Source of the DNA: Polyangiales bacterium | Lineage (GTDB): Bacteria; Myxococcota_A; Polyangia; Polyangiales; Polyangiaceae | Assembly: GCA_038231275.1 (NCBI GenBank) | Contig: JBBRLQ010000011.1 | Location: forward strand, 64,001-128,000 | DNA length: 64,000 nt | Direction: 5' to 3' | Shown: piece after piece, positions 30,771-39,861 of the stretch | Position numbering within the stretch: the first letter of the stretch is position 1 | Layout: every line of letters starts with the position of its first letter | Notes under the pieces: generated by a model | What the model was told of the DNA's origin: nothing | Database searches by the model: none | The model's input: only the letters and a program-made list of their open reading frames with translations | Made by a program: the position numbers and the translations under genes

Positions 30771-32173
30771 GAGGCACGATGATGAAACGAGGCGCTACCA
30801 GGACCGTGTTGGTCCTCGCGGCCTTGGCGTCTGGCGGCGCGTACGCGTCACTGGGCGCCGGCTGCGGCGGTGACGACAAGAAGGTCGAGTACCCGAAGGC
30901 GACGAACGACGCGGGGACCGTCGACCAAGGCACCGCCGTCAACACCGACACCGGCCAGACCGTCGGCGTGACCGGTGGCCCCGACGCGCACTCCGATCTG
31001 ACGGGCGCCGCGAAGGTGTCGTACGACAAGGGCTTCCAGGCCTGGATCCGCGGAGATCTGGCGGGCGCGAAGGCGGGCTTCCAGGAGGCGGCGTCCTCAG
31101 CGCCCACTTCGGCGGCGCCGCACTACTCGCTGGGGTGCGTCTACGATCGCCAGGGCGAGTACTCGTCGGCGCAGCAGGAGTACCGGAAGGCGCTGGACAT
31201 CAAGAGCGACTACGAGCTCGCGATGGGCGGCTACGCGATGAGCCTCGCGACGAGCGGGCACGCGGGCGAGGCCGACACGTTCCTCGCCGACAAGCGCGCG
31301 AAGATGCCGAACTCGGCGCGCGTCGCCACCTACCTCGCCGAGGTCAAATCGATCGAGAAGGACTCGGGCAGCGCGCAGCAGATCGCGCAAGACGCGCTCC
31401 GCCTCGACCCGGACTACAAAGACGCGATGGTCACGATCGCGCGCGATCACTACCGCGCGCGCCGCATGGAGCTCGCGAAGTACGCCATCCAGGCCATCCT
31501 GGACGGCTTCGGCGACGTGAGCCCGCCGCGCGATCCGACGAACGCCGAAGCGCATTTGCTCCGCGGCCTCATCTACAAGGAGACCGGGTTCCGCCAGGGC
31601 GCGTTCAAGGATTTCGAGGCGGCGGTCGCCAAGCGCCCGGACATGGTCGAGGCGCTCATCCAGCTCGGCGTCATGAAGCTCGAGGCCGGCAACAGCGCCG
31701 AGGCCGTCCCGCTCCTCGAGGCCGCGACCAAGTTCGGACCCAAGAGCTCGCTCGCGCACTTGAACCTCGGCGACGGGTATCGCCTCGCGGGCCGCCCCGC
31801 CGACGCGAAGAAGGAGTTCGATCAAGCGCTGGCGATGGACTCGTCCCTCGCGGTCGCGCACTACGATCTCGGCCTCCTCTACCTCTTCTCGTCCAACATC
31901 CCCGGCACGACGGCGAAAGACCAGGTCGACACCGCCATCAAGGAGCTCAACACCTTCAAGACCATGCGCGGTCCGAAGGCGCCGCCGGGTCAAGCGGACG
32001 ACGTGGACGAGCTCATCAACCGCGCGAACGCGAAGAAGGCGGAGCTCAACTTGCCGCCCCCCGCCGCGCCGCCCCCGGCCGCTCCGCCTGCCGCTGCTGC
32101 TCCGGCCGCGGGCGCCCCCGCCGCGGGCGCGCCCAAGCCTGCCGGCAGTGGTATCGTGAGGGACATGCCATGA
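30767..32173 (+). CDS. TPR lipoprotein, GltE/AglT-like
   Basis: Lipobox LGAGC; multiple TPRs (AHLNLGDGYR, AHYDLGLLYL); Pro/Ala tail. Confidence 0.78.
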   Translation: MRGTMMKRGATRTVLVLAALASGGAYASLGAGCGGDDKKVEYPKATNDAGTVDQGTAVNTDTGQTVGVTGGPDAHSDLTGAAKVSYDKGFQAWIRGDLAGAKAGFQEAASSAPTSAAPHYSLGCVYDRQGEYSSAQQEYRKALDIKSDYELAMGGYAMSLATSGHAGEADTFLADKRAKMPNSARVATYLAEVKSIEKDSGSAQQIAQDALRLDPDYKDAMVTIARDHYRARRMELAKYAIQAILDGFGDVSPPRDPTNAEAHLLRGLIYKETGFRQGAFKDFEAAVAKRPDMVEALIQLGVMKLEAGNSAEAVPLLEAATKFGPKSSLAHLNLGDGYRLAGRPADAKKEFDQALAMDSSLAVAHYDLGLLYLFSSNIPGTTAKDQVDTAIKELNTFKTMRGPKAPPGQADDVDELINRANAKKAELNLPPPAAPPPAAPPAAAAPAAGAPAAGAPKPAGSGIVRDMP

Positions 32174-32412
32174 AGAAGCTCATCGTCGGAACTCTCGCAC
32201 TCGTCGCCATCGGTCTCGCGTCGCCGAACGCCGACGCCCAGGAAAAAAAGGGCGGCGTCATCACGATCGGCGAGGTCACGATCGTCGGGCGCGTCCAGAA
32301 ACCGATCGCGTCGGTGGATGTGAGCAAGATCCAACCAAAGCTCACTCTCGCCGAGCTCAGGCAACCGTTTCTGGATCGCATCGAGGAAGCGACGATGCAT
32401 GATCCTTTCTGA
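32170..32412 (+). CDS. Small exported protein, GltF/CglF-like (copy 1)
   Basis: ATGA overlap; 80 aa; signal peptide; EVTIVGRVQKP motif; ends DPF. Confidence 0.72.
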   Translation: MKKLIVGTLALVAIGLASPNADAQEKKGGVITIGEVTIVGRVQKPIASVDVSKIQPKLTLAELRQPFLDRIEEATMHDPF

Positions 32413-32557
32413 GCGCTAAAACGCGCTCAGAGAAGGATTCCTTTGTTTGGTGGGGCCGAAGGCCCCCTCATCGCTGCTCGCGATGAGCCTCCCCCCTTCG
32501 CCGAAAGGCGAAGCGCGCGGGGCGCGCGGCGGGCTTGGAGGTTAGATTTCGAGGACG

Positions 32558-32791
32558 ATGCAATTCGCGAAGACGATCGTGGTCGTTGGGGCGCTGATGG
32601 CCGTGGCGCCGGTGGCGGGGGCGGAGGACGCGACGCCGGGGCGGACGACCGTGAAGGTCGTTACGGTGGTCGGGAATCCGCGGCGGCCGAGCGTGACGAT
32701 CGAAGTGACGAAGCAGAAGCTGAACATACCGCTGCACGAGATGAAGCATCCGCTCGATGAGAAGGCCGTGACCTCGTCGGGACCGTTCTGA
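32558..32791 (+). CDS. Small exported protein, GltF/CglF-like (copy 2)
   Basis: GAGGA SD; 77 aa; signal peptide; VVTVVGNPRRP motif; ends GPF. Confidence 0.65.
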   Translation: MQFAKTIVVVGALMAVAPVAGAEDATPGRTTVKVVTVVGNPRRPSVTIEVTKQKLNIPLHEMKHPLDEKAVTSSGPF

Positions 32792-32827
32792 CGGATTCGC
32801 CGCCGGGTTTTCTGGTATCGGTCACGC

Positions 32828-33418
32828 GTGCTGCCGACCGTCGCGGCGATCGTCGTTCTCGCGTGCATTTGGGCGAGCCTTGCTCGACTGCGTCGCGCGA
32901 TCGCGCCGACGGCGATCGATCCGGCGCCGCTGATGGAAGCACTGCGCGGTGATGCGGGTCGCGAGCGGTACGCCGATCTCTGCGCGCAGATCGCCGAGGA
33001 TCCCGACGCCGACTGGGAGCGCGAGCTCGTGCACGCGTTCGAGAAGCGAGGCGACGAGCGCGTCGCGCGGATCAACGAGCTGCTCCTGGATCTCGATCAT
33101 CTGGTGACCTCCGGAGCCCGCGTCCCGCGCGTGTGCGCGAGCATCGCGGCGACGACGGGGTTCCTCCTCGCGTCGCTCGCGCTGAGGAGAGGCCTTGGGG
33201 TCGCGACCGATCTGCCGCTCGAGGTGCAGGACCTCGCGATTCACCAAGCTGTGCGCGATGGCATCGACGTCGCCGCGGTGGGGATATGTGGGGCTGTGTT
33301 CTGCGTCACGGTCGGGATGCGCGCCGCCAAGGCCGCCAAAGCGCGCCTCCGCGCGACCGATCAGCTCGTCGAACGGATGGAGGCGCTTGCCCCTCCGGAC
33401 CCTGCCGCAAGCACGTAA
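32828..33418 (+). CDS. Three-TM membrane protein, degenerate MotA/TolQ/ExbB (AglR)-like
   Basis: TM1, ~80 aa soluble loop, TM2 ASIAATTGFLLASL, TM3 GIDVAAVGICGAVFC, helical tail. Confidence 0.55.
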   Translation: MLPTVAAIVVLACIWASLARLRRAIAPTAIDPAPLMEALRGDAGRERYADLCAQIAEDPDADWERELVHAFEKRGDERVARINELLLDLDHLVTSGARVPRVCASIAATTGFLLASLALRRGLGVATDLPLEVQDLAIHQAVRDGIDVAAVGICGAVFCVTVGMRAAKAAKARLRATDQLVERMEALAPPDPAAST

Positions 33419-33571
33419 AATCCTCTTTCAGCACGCCCCCTTGCCCGTGCTACGCTCGCACCGTCGCGCCGTGCGCGGATTTGTTGGGAACTTATGCACG
33501 CTACGGCACTCTAAGCCGTCACACCTGAGTCCCGAGCTTTCGTACGCCGTTCTCTCTTGGAGCCCGCGAAC

Positions 33572-34969
33572 ATGAATCAGCCTCCCGGCATGCAGCAGAG
33601 TTCAGGTCGCCCCGGTCAGATGACCGCCGTCATGCGCGCCATGACGATGGCGACGGGCCCGAAGGTCCTGCGCATCGGCTTGGTGCACGGCGGTCGCGTC
33701 ATCGAAGAGCGCATCATCAAGCAGCGCACGACGGTGACCGTGGGCTCGAGCGAGAAGGCGATGTTCGTGGTTCCGGCGCAGTCGGTTCCGGCGCAGTTCA
33801 AGCTCTTCGAGCTCGTCGGCAGCGACTACTACCTGAACTTCGTCGACGGCATGACCGGCCGCGTCGCCCTCGCGACCGGCATCAGCGACATCACGGCGCT
33901 CAAGGGACAAGCGAAGCGCGTCGGCAACGCGTACCAGATTCGACTGACGGACGAGGCGCGCGGCAAGGTCGTCGTCGGCGAGACGACGTTCCTCTTCCAG
34001 TTCGTCGCGCCGCCGCCGATTCAGCCGCGCCCGCAGCTCCCGCTCGCCGTCAAAGGCGGCCTCGCGAGCCAGATCGACTGGACGCTCACGATCATCGCGG
34101 CGTTCAGCTTCATGCTGCACTTCGGCGTCATCGGCGCGATGTACTCGGACTGGATGGATCCGGTCCTCAACGAGGACATGACGATCGCCGGGCTCATCGA
34201 TCTCGCGAAGAACGTCCCGCCGCCCGTCGTCGAGGACGAGGCGAAGCCCGCCGACACCGGCCCCTCCGACAAGAACGACAAGCCCGCGCCCGCCGCCGCG
34301 AAGGCCGCCGCTCCGTCCTCCAAGCCTGGCGCCGTCAGCGACGCGAAGGCCGCGGCCCTCGCGCAGCAAGCCGAGGCGATGCAGATGCAGATGCTCGCCG
34401 CGTTCGGAGGAAACTCCGCGGTGCAGGGCGCGCTCAACCGAAGCGACATTCCGCCCGTTGATCTCTCCGGCGCGGCCGCGAGCGGTGCGGGTGTCAGCAA
34501 CACCGGCGGCAACCTCAACCTCGGCTCCGGCGGCGCGCCGGTGCAAGGCGGGCGCGGCGGCTCCGGCCTCGCCGGCATTGGCGGCTCGACGACCGGGGGC
34601 GCCAACACCGGCGCAGGCACCGGGCGCGACGTCGGCGGTCCGAAGGGCGACGCGCAGATCGGCGGCACGAGCGCGACGGTGCCCGTCAACAACGCCGAGC
34701 GCGTCGTCGCCGGCCTCCGCGCGAAGTTCCGGTCTTGTTACAACACCGGCCTCCAGTCCGATCCGACGATGCAGGGCGCGGTCACCATCTCCGCGAAGAT
34801 CGCGCCGAACGGCGAAGTGTCGTCCGCTGACATCGCGAGCAACAGCGGCCTCAGCGCATCGGTCGCGAGCTGCATCGCCCGCGCGGTCCGCAACGCAAAC
34901 TTCGACGCCCCCGGCGGCACGGGGTCGACGATCAACATCCCGGTCAAGTTCGTCCAGCAGGGCAAGTAG
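33572..34969 (+). CDS. GltG/PglI-like TonB/TolA-type energy transducer
   Basis: FHA-like N-terminal beta domain, TM with SxxxH (FSFMLHF), Gly-rich linker, TonB_C-like end (FRSCYNTGL..DPTMQGAV...VASCIARAV...INIPVKF); ATG33572 after GGAG. Confidence 0.82.
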   Translation: MNQPPGMQQSSGRPGQMTAVMRAMTMATGPKVLRIGLVHGGRVIEERIIKQRTTVTVGSSEKAMFVVPAQSVPAQFKLFELVGSDYYLNFVDGMTGRVALATGISDITALKGQAKRVGNAYQIRLTDEARGKVVVGETTFLFQFVAPPPIQPRPQLPLAVKGGLASQIDWTLTIIAAFSFMLHFGVIGAMYSDWMDPVLNEDMTIAGLIDLAKNVPPPVVEDEAKPADTGPSDKNDKPAPAAAKAAAPSSKPGAVSDAKAAALAQQAEAMQMQMLAAFGGNSAVQGALNRSDIPPVDLSGAAASGAGVSNTGGNLNLGSGGAPVQGGRGGSGLAGIGGSTTGGANTGAGTGRDVGGPKGDAQIGGTSATVPVNNAERVVAGLRAKFRSCYNTGLQSDPTMQGAVTISAKIAPNGEVSSADIASNSGLSASVASCIARAVRNANFDAPGGTGSTINIPVKFVQQGK

Positions 34970-35213
34970 CCGGACGACGGGCAGCAAGCTCTCGCGGAGA
35001 CCGACGGATCTGCCGTGCGGTCCTCGTGAATGCTTCCATGCGCCCCCGCAACGTACCGGACGGTGCGATCCGCATCCGATTCAGGCACGGCTCCGGCGGT
35101 CCGTTCGCGTCTTCGGGGGGTACGGGGTCCTCGCAGCGCGCTCGGTGTGAGGCAAATGGGGACAACTGCCCCGACTCCCGGAAATCACTAGGTAATTGGC
35201 TGATCTTCGATCA

Positions 35214-35242
35214 TTGACACGCCCCGTCACGCTCTATAGAGT
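35214..35242 (+). promoter_or_regulatory. Near-consensus sigma70 promoter of the barrel/OPX unit
   Basis: TTGACA(35214-19)-17nt-TAGAGT(35237-42). Confidence 0.65.
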
Positions 35243-35267
35243 CCGTAGGCTCGGAAGGGTAGATGCA

Positions 35268-35897
35268 ATGCGTCTTCGCCAAAACTTGAAGCATTTTAGG
35301 TGGGTCATCACAGTCGCCGTTCTCGCGTACGCCGTCTCGCCCGGTGGCGCCGGCGCACAGCCCGCGACGGCTCCGACTGGACCCGCCGGTGGTGGCGCAA
35401 CCGCCGCAGGATCGACGGATGCGCAGGTCGGCTTCCAGCGGAAGACGCAGCTCACCCCGCAGGAGCAGCTGGTCGAAGGCGACCGCTCGATCCAGCGCAT
35501 GGAGCAAGCCGCGGCTGGCGTCCGCAAGCAGCTTCAGGGGGCGCGCGAGGCGCGTGACGTCGTGAAGACGCTCTGCCTCAATGACAAGCTCTCGCAGATC
35601 GACGTCGCGACGCGCTCGGCGCGGGACCGCAAGTCGTCGCTGCAAGCCGCGGCGACGCGCAACGACACCGAGCTCTCGAACCACGAGTTCACGATCCTGA
35701 CGGTTCTCCGGCAGCGCGCGGAGCAGTTGACCGCAGAGGCGAACCAGTGCATCGGCGAGGAAGCGGCCTTCATCGGCGACACCAAGGTCACGACCACGGT
35801 GGACCCGACGCTCCCTGCCTCCGACGACACGCAGTTTCCCCCTACGGACCCCACGCTCATCAGTGGTCCGCCGCAGTGCACGAGCTGTGAACGCTGA
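35268..35897 (+). CDS. Exported helical/coiled-coil protein with Cys pair and C-terminal CxxC
   Basis: Signal peptide; TLCLNDKL...EANQCIGEE; ends CTSCER. Confidence 0.75.
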   Translation: MRLRQNLKHFRWVITVAVLAYAVSPGGAGAQPATAPTGPAGGGATAAGSTDAQVGFQRKTQLTPQEQLVEGDRSIQRMEQAAAGVRKQLQGAREARDVVKTLCLNDKLSQIDVATRSARDRKSSLQAAATRNDTELSNHEFTILTVLRQRAEQLTAEANQCIGEEAAFIGDTKVTTTVDPTLPASDDTQFPPTDPTLISGPPQCTSCER

Positions 35898-36040
35898 AGA
35901 TCGACTCCTCTAAAAACACGACGGGCTGAACCAAAACAGCAACCGGCGCGCGGGCGAAGAAGTCGCATCCCCGAGCTGCCACCAGAGGCGGGGCGTACCC
36001 GTCTACCACGACGAAGCGCGCGCACACTGGCGGACATGAG

Positions 36041-37489
36041 ATGAATCGTAGACTACGGAAGATTGGGGGAGCTTGGCGGGTGGGACTTCCACTCGCGGGG
36101 CTGCTGTTCGCGTCCTCGTTCACCCGAAGCGCCGACGCGCAGGAGTGGCTGAAGGACCGGCGGTTCGCGGAGGGTGCGGGGTATCGCGCGGGCGACCTGG
36201 AGCTCCACCCCGGCCTCGGCGGTGAAATCGGTTACGACTCGAACTGGTTCCTTCGGTCGGACAAGAATGCCGTGGGCATCGTCAATGGCCCCCCGGCCGT
36301 GCCCGTCACCAGCGGCGGCGTCCTCAGAGTGACCCCGTCGCTCTCGGTCTCGACCCTCGGTCCCCAGCGGAACACGCTGGCGCCTGGCGAGGGTCCCTCG
36401 GTTTCGTTCCGTGGCGGCATCGCGGCGACGTACCGGGAGTTCATCGGCGTCCAGGAGCTTCGCGATCAGCGCAATCTTTCGGGTCACGCCGACGCCCGTG
36501 TCGACATCCTGCCCGGACGGCCGTGGAGCTTTGGCATCCACGGGCTGTACGACCGCACCATCCAGCCGACCGTACTTGGGAACCCTGACCTCTCGTTCAA
36601 CCGAGACACGCTCGCGATTGGCGGCGAGATCATCGCGACCCCCAACAGCGGAACGCTCGACTGGCGGCTCGGCTACCAGATCCAGGGCGCGCTCTTCGAG
36701 AGCTCGAACGGCACTCCATTCAACAACGTTACGCACGTGATCAACACGAAGGGGCGCTGGAAGTTCCGGCCTCGCACGGCGTTCCTTTACGACGGAAGCA
36801 TCGGATTCGTCGGCTACACGCAGGCGCAGCGTGCGATCAACTCGCTCCACGATTCATCGCCCACGCGCGCGCGACTCGGCATGACGGGACTCATCACGCC
36901 GCGCCTCGCGATTCTTGGGATGGCGGGGTGGGGTGCGAGCTTCTATCGGCCCGGCGGAGATCCGCGGGTATCCCAATACGACAGCGTCATCGGGCAAGCA
37001 GAGCTCAAGTTCTTCCCGACGGCGAACGCCGCGGGTGGCGACGTGAGTGATGCGTCGCTCACGCTCTCCTCCATCGCGATTGGCTATGTGCGCGATTACC
37101 AGAACAGCTACTTCAGCGATTTTTACGGGAGCGACCGCGGCTACGCGAAGGTGGCCTATTTCTTCGCGGGGCGCGCGCTCATCTCTTTGGAAGGCGGCGT
37201 CGGCGCCATCGAGTACCCGGATGTTTACATCAACCCGGGCGGAGCCACCCCGGGCGGTGGTGGCGCGGGGGGCCTGGTCCACTCGAAGTTCACCGACGTG
37301 CGCCTCGACGGAACTCTGTTCGCCGAATACCGAGTGCTCGATTCGCTCGGCATTAACACGACGTTCAACTACATTCAGAACTTCAGCAACACCCAGTTCA
37401 ATGTCGATACCGGAAACGGGAACACCGGCGTCTACGACATGAGCTGGAAGCGCTTCCAGGCCTCGCTCGGCGTTCGCTGGTTCCTCTAG
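36041..37489 (+). CDS. Outer-membrane beta-barrel of polysaccharide export (EpsX/ExoB/Wzp-like)
   Basis: Signal peptide; ELHPGLGGEIGYDSN N-terminal motif; alternating strands; C-terminal SLGVRWFL; directly upstream of OPX genes. Confidence 0.8.
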   Translation: MNRRLRKIGGAWRVGLPLAGLLFASSFTRSADAQEWLKDRRFAEGAGYRAGDLELHPGLGGEIGYDSNWFLRSDKNAVGIVNGPPAVPVTSGGVLRVTPSLSVSTLGPQRNTLAPGEGPSVSFRGGIAATYREFIGVQELRDQRNLSGHADARVDILPGRPWSFGIHGLYDRTIQPTVLGNPDLSFNRDTLAIGGEIIATPNSGTLDWRLGYQIQGALFESSNGTPFNNVTHVINTKGRWKFRPRTAFLYDGSIGFVGYTQAQRAINSLHDSSPTRARLGMTGLITPRLAILGMAGWGASFYRPGGDPRVSQYDSVIGQAELKFFPTANAAGGDVSDASLTLSSIAIGYVRDYQNSYFSDFYGSDRGYAKVAYFFAGRALISLEGGVGAIEYPDVYINPGGATPGGGGAGGLVHSKFTDVRLDGTLFAEYRVLDSLGINTTFNYIQNFSNTQFNVDTGNGNTGVYDMSWKRFQASLGVRWFL

Positions 37490-37518
37490 AGGCCTCGCGG
37501 CGTCGTCGCGGAGAGTCG

Positions 37519-38121
37519 ATGGTTCGGGTCGTTCGCTTTGCGCTCCTGGCGCTCGTGCTCTGCGTGACGGTCGGGTGCCGTGGGTCGCGTCCGCCGCCGC
37601 CCAAGAACCTGCCTGCGGCGACGCAGAGCACCACCGTGGGGCCGGGTGACGTTTTCGAGGTCTATGTCCTCGGCGAGACGAACCTGCCGAAGGAGTACCG
37701 CGTCCAGCCGGACGGGACGATCGACTTTCCCTACATCGATCGGCTCTCCGTGACCGGCCTCGAGCCTCAGGACATCGTCAATCAGCTCAAGGCGAAGCTG
37801 ATCGAGAAGAAGATCCTGTCGAACCCGCAGGTCTCCCTGATCGTCAAACAGTACAACTCGAAGAAGGTCAGCGTCATCGGGCAGGTGGCGAAGCCCGGCA
37901 GCATCCCGTGGACCGAGGGCATGAAGCTCGTCGACGCCATCGGGCTCTCCGGGTGGTTCACGAACATCGCGGACAGCAACCACATCATCCTCACGCGCCA
38001 CATCGCCAAGGAGAAGACCGTCACGGTCACCGTGAGCGTCGACGCGATCACCGACGGCGCGCAGGCCGACATCCCGCTCCAGGCGGGGGACACGATCAAG
38101 GTCGAATCGCGCGTCTTCTGA
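37519..38121 (+). CDS. Short OPX (Wza-like) polysaccharide export lipoprotein, Poly_export + one SLBB, copy 1
   Basis: Lipobox TVGC; GPGDVFEVYV, RVQPDGTIDFPYI, VSVIGQVAKPG, LQAGDTIKV; no C-terminal OM helix. Confidence 0.92.
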   Translation: MVRVVRFALLALVLCVTVGCRGSRPPPPKNLPAATQSTTVGPGDVFEVYVLGETNLPKEYRVQPDGTIDFPYIDRLSVTGLEPQDIVNQLKAKLIEKKILSNPQVSLIVKQYNSKKVSVIGQVAKPGSIPWTEGMKLVDAIGLSGWFTNIADSNHIILTRHIAKEKTVTVTVSVDAITDGAQADIPLQAGDTIKVESRVF

Positions 38122-38162
38122 TTCGTTCGAACGCGCGAGGCCGCGCGCGCCACACATGGGGC

Positions 38163-38762
38163 GTGCGAACCACCTCTCTTGCCTCCGCCGCCCTCTTCGT
38201 CCTCACTGCCGCCTCCGGGTGCCGCGGCGCACGGCCAGGACCGCCCACCACGCTGCCCGCGGCGACGGCGAGCACCACGCTCGGCGCGGGGGACGTGTTC
38301 GAGGTGCACGTGCTCGGCGAGCAGAACCTGCCCAAGGAGTACCGAGTGCAGCCAGACGGGAGCATCGATTTTCCGTACATCGAGCGGCTCCAGGTGAGCG
38401 GGCTGGAGCCGCACGACGTCGTGCGCGTCCTCAAAGGCAAGCTCATCGAAAACAAGATCCTGACGGACCCTCAGGTGTCGCTGGTGGTGAAGCAGTACAA
38501 CTCGAAGAAAATCAGCGTCATCGGGCAGGTGGCGAAGCCGGGAAGCGTGCCGTGGACCGAGGGGATGCGCCTCGTCGACGCGCTAGGGCAGTCGGGGTGG
38601 TTCACGAACATCGCCGACAGCGATCACGTCGTCCTGACGCGTCGCAGCGGCGCGAAGACGGTGACCGCGAGGGTCAGCGTCGATGCGATCACCGACGGAG
38701 CGCAGTCCGACGTGCCGCTCCAGGCCGGCGACACGGTTAAAGTCGAGGCGCGCGTGTTTTAG
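38163..38762 (+). CDS. Short OPX polysaccharide export lipoprotein, copy 2
   Basis: GTG38163; lipobox ASGC; same motifs as copy 1. Confidence 0.9.
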   Translation: MRTTSLASAALFVLTAASGCRGARPGPPTTLPAATASTTLGAGDVFEVHVLGEQNLPKEYRVQPDGSIDFPYIERLQVSGLEPHDVVRVLKGKLIENKILTDPQVSLVVKQYNSKKISVIGQVAKPGSVPWTEGMRLVDALGQSGWFTNIADSDHVVLTRRSGAKTVTARVSVDAITDGAQSDVPLQAGDTVKVEARVF

Positions 38763-38862
38763 CAGGCGGGCCTTACGCCCCCTCGTCGCTTCGCGCCGAG
38801 CCTCCCCGCATCGCCTTCGGCGAAGTCGTGCTTCGCGCGACGGTGACCGGTAGAGTTGGGGC

Positions 38863-39861
38863 GTGCCGAAGATTCTGTTCGTTCATACCGGTGGCACCGT
38901 GATGATGCGCGCCAGCGAGGGTAGCGGCGCGCTGTCGCCGGACGTTTACGGTCGCGACCTCTTGGCGGAGCTGCCGACGTTGGGGCGCGTCGCCGACATC
39001 GAGACGCGGATTCTCTTCAACCTGGACTCCGGGGACATGCAGCCGGCCGATTGGGTCGTCCTCGCGCGCGAAGTTCACGGCGCGCTGTCCAGTGGGGACT
39101 ACGACGGCATCGTCGTCGTGCACGGAACGGACACGATGGCCTACACCGCGAGCGCGCTCGCGCTGATGCTGGGGACGCTGCCCAAGCCGGTCGTCTTTAC
39201 CGGCGCGCAGAGGCCGCTCATCGAGGCGCGCACGGACGCGCGCGAGAACCTGGTCGACGCGGCGCTCATCGCGACGCTGCCGGTCCCCGAGGTCACGATC
39301 GCGTTTGCGTCGCGCGCGCTCCGCGGGGCGAGGGCCACCAAGCGTGACGCGTGGGCGTTCGATGCGTTCGAGTCGCCCAACGCAGCGCCGCTCGTCGAGC
39401 TCGGGATCTCGATCGAGGTCGCGTCGCACGTCCGCGCGCCGGGAGCCCTCGCCGCGTTCGACGCCCGCCTCGAGCCGCGCGTCCTCGCGATCCGCGTATT
39501 TCCTGGCCTCGATCCCGCGCTCGTCCGCGGCGCCGTGCGCGCGGGCGTGAAGGGGCTCGTCCTCGAGGCGTACGGCTCCGGCAACTTTCCGCACCTCTCC
39601 GGATCGCTCATCGGGGCGTTCGCCGACGCGCGCGAGAAGGGGGTTCCGGTCCTCGTCGTCTCGCAGTGCCCGAACGGCTTTGTGGAGATGGGGCGTTACG
39701 CGGGCGGCGCGGCGGCGGAGGCGGCCGGGGCGATCTCGGGCGGCGACATGACGGTCGAGGCGGCGCTCGCGAAGCTCATGATCGGCCTCGCGCGGTTCCC
39801 CGACCCGTCCGATCTGCGCGGCTTTCTCCTCGCGGACGCTGTCGGAGAGCGCAGCGGATGA
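38863..39861 (+). CDS. L-asparaginase (type I, cytoplasmic)
   Basis: HTGGT, HGTDTMAYTAS, TGAQRP, AFESPN, DMTVEAALAKL. Confidence 0.93.
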   Translation: MPKILFVHTGGTVMMRASEGSGALSPDVYGRDLLAELPTLGRVADIETRILFNLDSGDMQPADWVVLAREVHGALSSGDYDGIVVVHGTDTMAYTASALALMLGTLPKPVVFTGAQRPLIEARTDARENLVDAALIATLPVPEVTIAFASRALRGARATKRDAWAFDAFESPNAAPLVELGISIEVASHVRAPGALAAFDARLEPRVLAIRVFPGLDPALVRGAVRAGVKGLVLEAYGSGNFPHLSGSLIGAFADAREKGVPVLVVSQCPNGFVEMGRYAGGAAAEAAGAISGGDMTVEAALAKLMIGLARFPDPSDLRGFLLADAVGERSG

